Origin: Octopus sinensis
Lineage: Eukaryota
Direction of reading: 5' to 3'
Assembly (NCBI RefSeq): GCF_006345805.1
Contig: NW_021826599.1
Coordinates: 1-12,372 of the forward strand
DNA length: 12,372 bases
The notes below the pieces were generated by a model. It was given only the letters and a program-made list of their open reading frames with translations. It had not been told where the DNA came from and made no database searches. Shown here one piece after another: positions 7,710-12,372 of the stretch. The stretch's first letter is position 1, and each line of letters begins with the position of its first letter. Both the position numbers and the translations under genes were made by a program.

Positions 7710-7800
7710 AGAGAGAGAGAGAGAGAGAGAGAGTGAGGAAAGAAAGTCTGTGTGTTTGTGTGTGTGTATGTGTTTGTGTGTGTATGTGTTTATGTGTGTA

Positions 7801-7839
<39 letters not shown>

Positions 7840-7976
7840 TGAACACATCTTTGAACTAAAGATTTTGTCAGGTAAATTTGGTGAGGCAGGCTGCCAGTTC
7901 TTGTCTAACAACAATATTTATTTACATCATTTGATTTCAAATCTTTTGTAGCTTAAAGTCGACCATTGAAATAATG

Positions 7977-8025
<49 letters not shown>
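7710..8025. repeat. (GA)n and (GT)n microsatellites at 7710-7838 and 7981-8025
   Basis: Seen directly; unique sequence lies between the two tracts. Confidence 0.9.
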
Positions 8026-8775
8026 ATGTGTTGTTTTTTTCTGTGTTTATTGATGCTGTTGTTTGGCCTGTGTATGTATACTTGTGAATTTCGAAAATAA
8101 CATTTCCGCCTGCAAGCTTGCTTTGAAGTCGTTTCTAAGAATTCGGCAGGTTTACCGTTAGAAATAAACAACATGGGAGGGAAAAAAACAAAAAAAAAAC
8201 CAAAAAAAACTAAAAACAAAAAACTAAAAAAAAAAAAACTACAAAGAGTTTGAACTCATGACCTTCGTGCAAGTTGTCCAATATTTTATCATTTTGGCTT
8301 CCAGATCTCCTTTGCTGTAAATATCGTTGAGCTGATAAAACTTGGTGGCTTAACCCTTCTGTTACCATATCATGTCTGGCATACACTCCCATTATTTCAA
8401 TTCATTCGGAAAATAACGAATTTAATAAAAATAAACTTTATCCTTATTAATCTAGAATTTGAAACATAAATCAGGGTGAAATTTTGATAGTAGATTTTAA
8501 TTTAGATCATTCTGAACAGGAAATTTATATCACAGAAGTCGTGGTTTTTGGACAGTCAAAAATAAGAGAGGAGCGAATAATAAGCAAATAAGCCTGTATG
8601 AGCACGGCTGTATATATGTATGTGTGCGTGTGTGTGTGTGTGTGAGAGAGAGAGAGAAAGGGGGGGTGAGTGAGAGAGAGTAAATAGAAATTTCGGAATG
8701 AGTTATTCGCTTCTTTTCGGGTATGGCCGACAGTTACTGTGTGTCTATCACTGCTATTTTCTCTCCTTTAACTGG

Positions 8776-9038
8776 TACTCTGTCGGTTACAACGACGTGG
8801 GTCCCGGCTGATCCGGTCAGCTCGTGAAATTAACATGCAAGTGGCTGAGCCCTCCACAGACACGCGTAACCCTTAACGTAGTTCTCAGGGAGATTCAGCG
8901 TGGCACAGAGTGTGACAAGGCTGGCCCTTTGAAATACAGGTACTACTCATTTTTGCTAGTAATGTGAAAATAAAGTGTCTTGCATACAAAGCACCGCCGG
9001 GAATCGAACTCACGATCTTAAGCCAAATGCACCTCCAC
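8776..9038 (-). mobile_element. SINE-A-related copy with a different, shortened middle
   Basis: The tail 8776-8945 is collinear with ~461-640. The head GTGGAGGTGCATTTGGC...GAGTTCGATTCCC is present, but the middle (GCAAGACACTTTATTTTCAC) differs from 443-836. Confidence 0.75.
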
Positions 9039-9092
9039 AAACTTTTATTAAAAACACCATACGTGATTCTTGTAGGCTCCTGATATCTTTTT

Positions 9093-9489
9093 AAGGCGGC
9101 GAGCTGGCAGAAAAGTTAGCACGTCGGGCGAAATGCTTTGTGGTATTTCGCCTGCCGTTACGTTGTGAGTTCAAATTCCGCCGAGGTCGACTATGCCTTT
9201 CATCCTTTTGGGGTCGATAAATTAAGTACCAGTTGCGCACTGGGGTCGATGTAATCGACTTAATACCTATGACTGTCCTTGTTTGTCCCCTCTGTGTTTA
9301 GCCCCTTTGTGGGTAATAAAGAAATAGGTATTTCGTCTGCCGTTACGTTCTGAGTTCAAATTCCGCCGAGGTCGACTTTGCCTTTGATCCTTTTGGGGTC
9401 GATAAATTAAGTACCAGTTGCGTACTGGGATCGATCTAATCGAATGTCCCCCTGCCCAAAACCTTCGGGCCTTGTTCCTAAAGTAGAAA
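9093..9489 (+). mobile_element. SINE-C dimer (full unit 9093-9327 with tail T1 + headless unit 9328-9489 with tail T2) with a 19-bp TSD
   Basis: Perfect direct repeat AGGCTCCTGATATCTTTTT at 9074-9092 and 9490-9508. Confidence 0.92.
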
Positions 9490-9539
9490 AGGCTCCTGAT
9501 ATCTTTTTCCACCCGAGACTTTTGAAAAACACATCTTCA

Positions 9540-9799
9540 GTCTTTTATCTTTTACTCGTTTCAATCATTGAACGGTGGCCATGTTGGAGCACCGACTTGA
9601 AGGGCTTAGTTGGGAAAATCGAACCCGGTACTTTTAAAGCCTGGTAATTATCCTAGAAGTCTCTTTTGCCGAACTGCTAATGTTACTTGGACATAAACAC
9701 ACCAACACCGGTTGTCAAGCGTTGGTGAGAGACAAACACACACACTCAAAGACATACGCTCTCTCACACACACACACACATACATATATATATAGTATG

Positions 9800-9847
<48 letters not shown>

Positions 9848-10099
9848 TTATGTATATATGTATATATGTGTATATACATATATATATATGTACATATGTA
9901 TATATTTATATACATACATACATACATACATACATACATACATACATACATACTTCTTTCAGTTTCCGCCTCCCAAATCCCCTCACAAGGCTTTGGTCGA
10001 CCCGAGGACCGTCCAAAGACACATCTCCAAGGTGCCACGCAGACAGACTGAACCCAAAATCATGTGGTTAGGAAGCAAGCTTCTTACCACACAGTCACT
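9540..10099 (-). mobile_element. Full-length SINE family B with an expanded internal (CA)/(TA)/(TACA) microsatellite (~9736-9953)
   Basis: tRNA-like head AGTGACTGTGTGGTAAGAAG...GGGTTCAGTC and body collinear with 5446-6115 and 1-36. The tail ends GAGTAAAAGATAAAAGA. Confidence 0.85.
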
Positions 10100-10110
10100 A
10101 TTCACTGTTA

Positions 10111-10112
<2 letters not shown>

Positions 10113-10205
<93 letters not shown>

Positions 10206-10235
10206 CACATCTTTCCTCCTCTCTCTCTACACACA
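10113..10235. repeat. (CT)n(AT)n compound microsatellite
   Basis: Seen directly in the sequence. Confidence 0.95.
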
Positions 10236-10756
10236 ACTATCTTTCTACCTATCTCTTTGTCTCTATTCAAATCCATCTCTTAATAAACGGCTTTGCTTTA
10301 AATGTCTTTTCCACACAATTTAATAACTCTTCGTTTACTCTTGGTCTCTCACACGCGCTCGCGCTTTTCCTTGGCTTAACCTCCACGACGCAGACTAATA
10401 ATTAGATTTCCCAGATTCTAGATTTTGTCTTTATCCATATAACTATGCTTCGATGTATTGATTTTTTTCTTCCCTTTTCTGATCTTGCTGATCACGTTGG
10501 CCAAACAACAATGACATTATCCCGGGGTCTGACGATGCATTTCAAATAGCACTCGGCTCGCACGAAGGTAAATAAATATTATATTGCATTAACTAAAAAG
10601 AATAGTAAAAATATTTCCGAACAATACTGAAATTATAGATATGTATATACTAAAACACAAACACACAGAATTATCGCAGAATCATTATTTACAATACAAT
10701 TTCGGCCTCATACCTCGTATATGGTTGTTGGGGTTGTTTGCTATTGTTGTTGTTAT

Positions 10757-10810
<54 letters not shown>

Positions 10811-10861
10811 CGACGGTGATGATGATGATGATGATGATGATGATTATGATGATGATGGTGG

Positions 10862-10902
<41 letters not shown>

Positions 10903-10909
10903 GTGGTGG

Positions 10910-10944
<35 letters not shown>

Positions 10945-10967
10945 CGGATGAGGAGGAGGAGGAGGAG
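10757..10967. repeat. (GAT)n followed by (GAG)n
   Basis: Seen directly; it is the source of the poly-D/poly-M ORFs. Confidence 0.97.
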
Positions 10968-10990
10968 AAAATTATTTAGCACTAGGTCAA

Positions 10991-11396
10991 CCTTAACAAC
11001 GCTGCTGCATATTTTCAGCCACAAATATGAGCATTTGCAGTATGCTGGGAAGGGTACGATCTCTGGTGTGGTGTTTGTCGTACCCTTCCGAGAGTTGATC
11101 GTCCATCATTGGCCCCACTAACAAGCCTCCCCTCCCCTGTCGCTCCATTTAAGCTGTTAGCATGCGACAGCTTTCATACCCCGGGCAGCGGTTTCGACAG
11201 GCTGGCTTAACCAGGCGGGAGTAGCCGATGGTGAATCAGGGACCCGTCTATCCCAACGAAGATTAAATGAAGATTAAAAGTTAAGAAGATGGTGTCAGCA
11301 AATGACGAGCATTGCTCGATGCATAGAAAGAGGAGGAGGGTGCCTTGGTCTTCCACTGCGCCTGGCCTCGCCTCTAGCCGTCTCGATGTCTGTCTT
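10991..11396. mobile_element. Unidentified 406-bp structured insertion bounded by a 12-bp direct repeat
   Basis: GCACTAGGTCAA occurs at 10979-10990 and 11397-11408. There are several internal stems and no credible ORF. Confidence 0.55.
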
Positions 11397-11471
11397 GCAC
11401 TAGGTCAAGAAAAGAACCAGGAAGAAAGGGTGACACTGACGGAACGCAACTCCATCATTTTAATCAAATTC

Positions 11472-11495
11472 GTTTCGCAGGTTATCAGTCATCAG
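11472..11495 (-). ncRNA. Hammerhead-like core remnant at the PLE 3' end
   Basis: Minus strand CTGATGA (11495-11489), 12 nt, then GAAAC (11476-11472), lying 20 nt after the ORF stop. Stems II and III are poorly formed. Confidence 0.4.
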
Positions 11496-11514
11496 TCATC
11501 CTTCATCCAACTCC

Positions 11515-12372
11515 TCAAAGTTGTCTCAAAAATTCTCTCAAATGTTCATTTAGTCTTTCCGCAATGCTCATAGATGTCTCTCCTATGTATGTTATGATCT
11601 TGTCTTTGCAAGCACCTTCTATGCACTTTATACTGTAGACTACATTTCTAGTTCTACAGTTAATGCCAGGGTTAATCCTACATACTATGCAATTATCATT
11701 GGTGCATATGGTATTCTCAAAGGGGGTACGTTTGCATAGGAGGGACACGTTGTTCCTTATCCTAACTGAGTCTGCTTTCAGTATGTTAATTTTCATGTCG
11801 TTTGACAAAGCTAAGTTCTTGTGAACAACATATTTCGAATAGGAGTGGAGGAGCTGCACTCTGTTGTTCACGGTCTCTAACCAAAGTTCAGTATCAAGGA
11901 CGGGGAGTCTATTGTTGGGATGCCTATAGTTACCTTGATACTTTGGTGGGTGGAGTTAGCTACTTGCTGGATGCTCTCCATTATGTTCCTCTCAGTTTCT
12001 ACACTACCGTTACTAGACTTGGTCTTAACTAGGATATTAATGTCATCTACATACCTACTGTAAAATAAAAAGAGTTGTGGACTGTTCTGCTAAAGATTGC
12101 TTAAGTTTTCTGTCCCACCAGGTCATGAAGAGGCCAGCCACATCTCCAGCTACACTGACACCAATGGCTGCACCTTGAACCTGCATGTATAGTTTCTTGT
12201 TAAACTTTACTATGTGGTTCTTCAAGATGGTTCTTACGCTAGACCCTATTGCATGTGCAATCATTCCTTTCACCTGATTGTTGTTCTCGGGCTCTTGTGT
12301 GGGTACGGTCCAGCCACTCCAGCGCTCTGCGGTGTTTTTCTTCCTGCTGAGGTGACAGTGGGTGGTCTTTCC
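11515..12372 (-). pseudogene. PLE RT / GIY-YIG polyprotein pseudogene
   Basis: Two frameshifts (near 12060 and 11915), an apparent in-frame deletion between the thumb (RIRNNVS) and the linker (LLCKRTPF), and a premature stop after EHLREFLRQL. Confidence 0.9.

Larger units (their letters stand above)
11397..12372 (-). mobile_element. Decayed Penelope-like element (Neptune-like), continuing beyond the window
   Basis: RT motifs HIVKFNKKLYMQVQGAAIGVSVAG, RYVDD (TATGTAGATGAC at 12053-12042) and LPVLD. A Cys-rich linker C-x4-C-x2-C precedes the GIY-YIG motif NVVYSIKC...YIGETS..ERLNEH. Confidence 0.92.

Noticed and set aside
8350-8560. TTAACCCT as a piggyBac-like or MITE left end
   Set aside because: No matching AGGGTTAA right end or TIR was found nearby; cannot be supported from this window.
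10529-10570. CTGACGA followed by a hairpin, as a third hammerhead
   Set aside because: No GAAA follows the stem and there are no stems I or III.
1223-10979. Many long ORFs of poly-I/Y/L/S/M/D/N, YLSI, HT, CV or YI repeats
   Set aside because: They are translations of microsatellites, with no splice or domain support.
11095-11250. HDV-like ribozyme on the minus strand (CCAUC/GAUGG, GGC-loop-GCC)
   Set aside because: P1 pairs poorly and P1.1 is absent.
1-12372. CRISPR arrays or prokaryotic systems
   Set aside because: There is no repeat-spacer periodicity; the sequence has spliceosomal intron signals and eukaryotic retroelements.

Overview
Repeat-dense animal DNA, most likely from an octopus or other coleoid cephalopod (inferred from the repeat content, not from a database search). 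Only one host coding exon is supportable: a 153-nt phase-1/phase-1 exon on the minus strand (1103-1255). It encodes the start of the amino-terminal domain of an AMPA-like ionotropic glutamate receptor, so the rest of the window is probably intron. The remainder consists of long microsatellites, three tRNA-headed SINE families (labelled A, B and C here; about 12 copies or fragments), a decayed R4/Dong-type LINE fragment next to (AAT)n, a LINE-like 3' tail nested in (GATA)n, and a decayed Penelope-like element (RT + GIY-YIG). There are also two degenerate hammerhead-ribozyme motifs. The most notable observations are: (1) SINE-C dimers that share an identical, self-complementary junction, one inserted as a single unit with a 19-bp TSD; (2) an unidentified, highly structured 406-bp insertion with a 12-bp direct repeat; (3) a 3' tail shared between SINE-C and the (GATA)n-nested element; and (4) inverted SINE pairs able to form long dsRNA in the receptor pre-mRNA. 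No clearly novel protein-coding system is visible. Nearly all long ORFs in the track are microsatellite artefacts.
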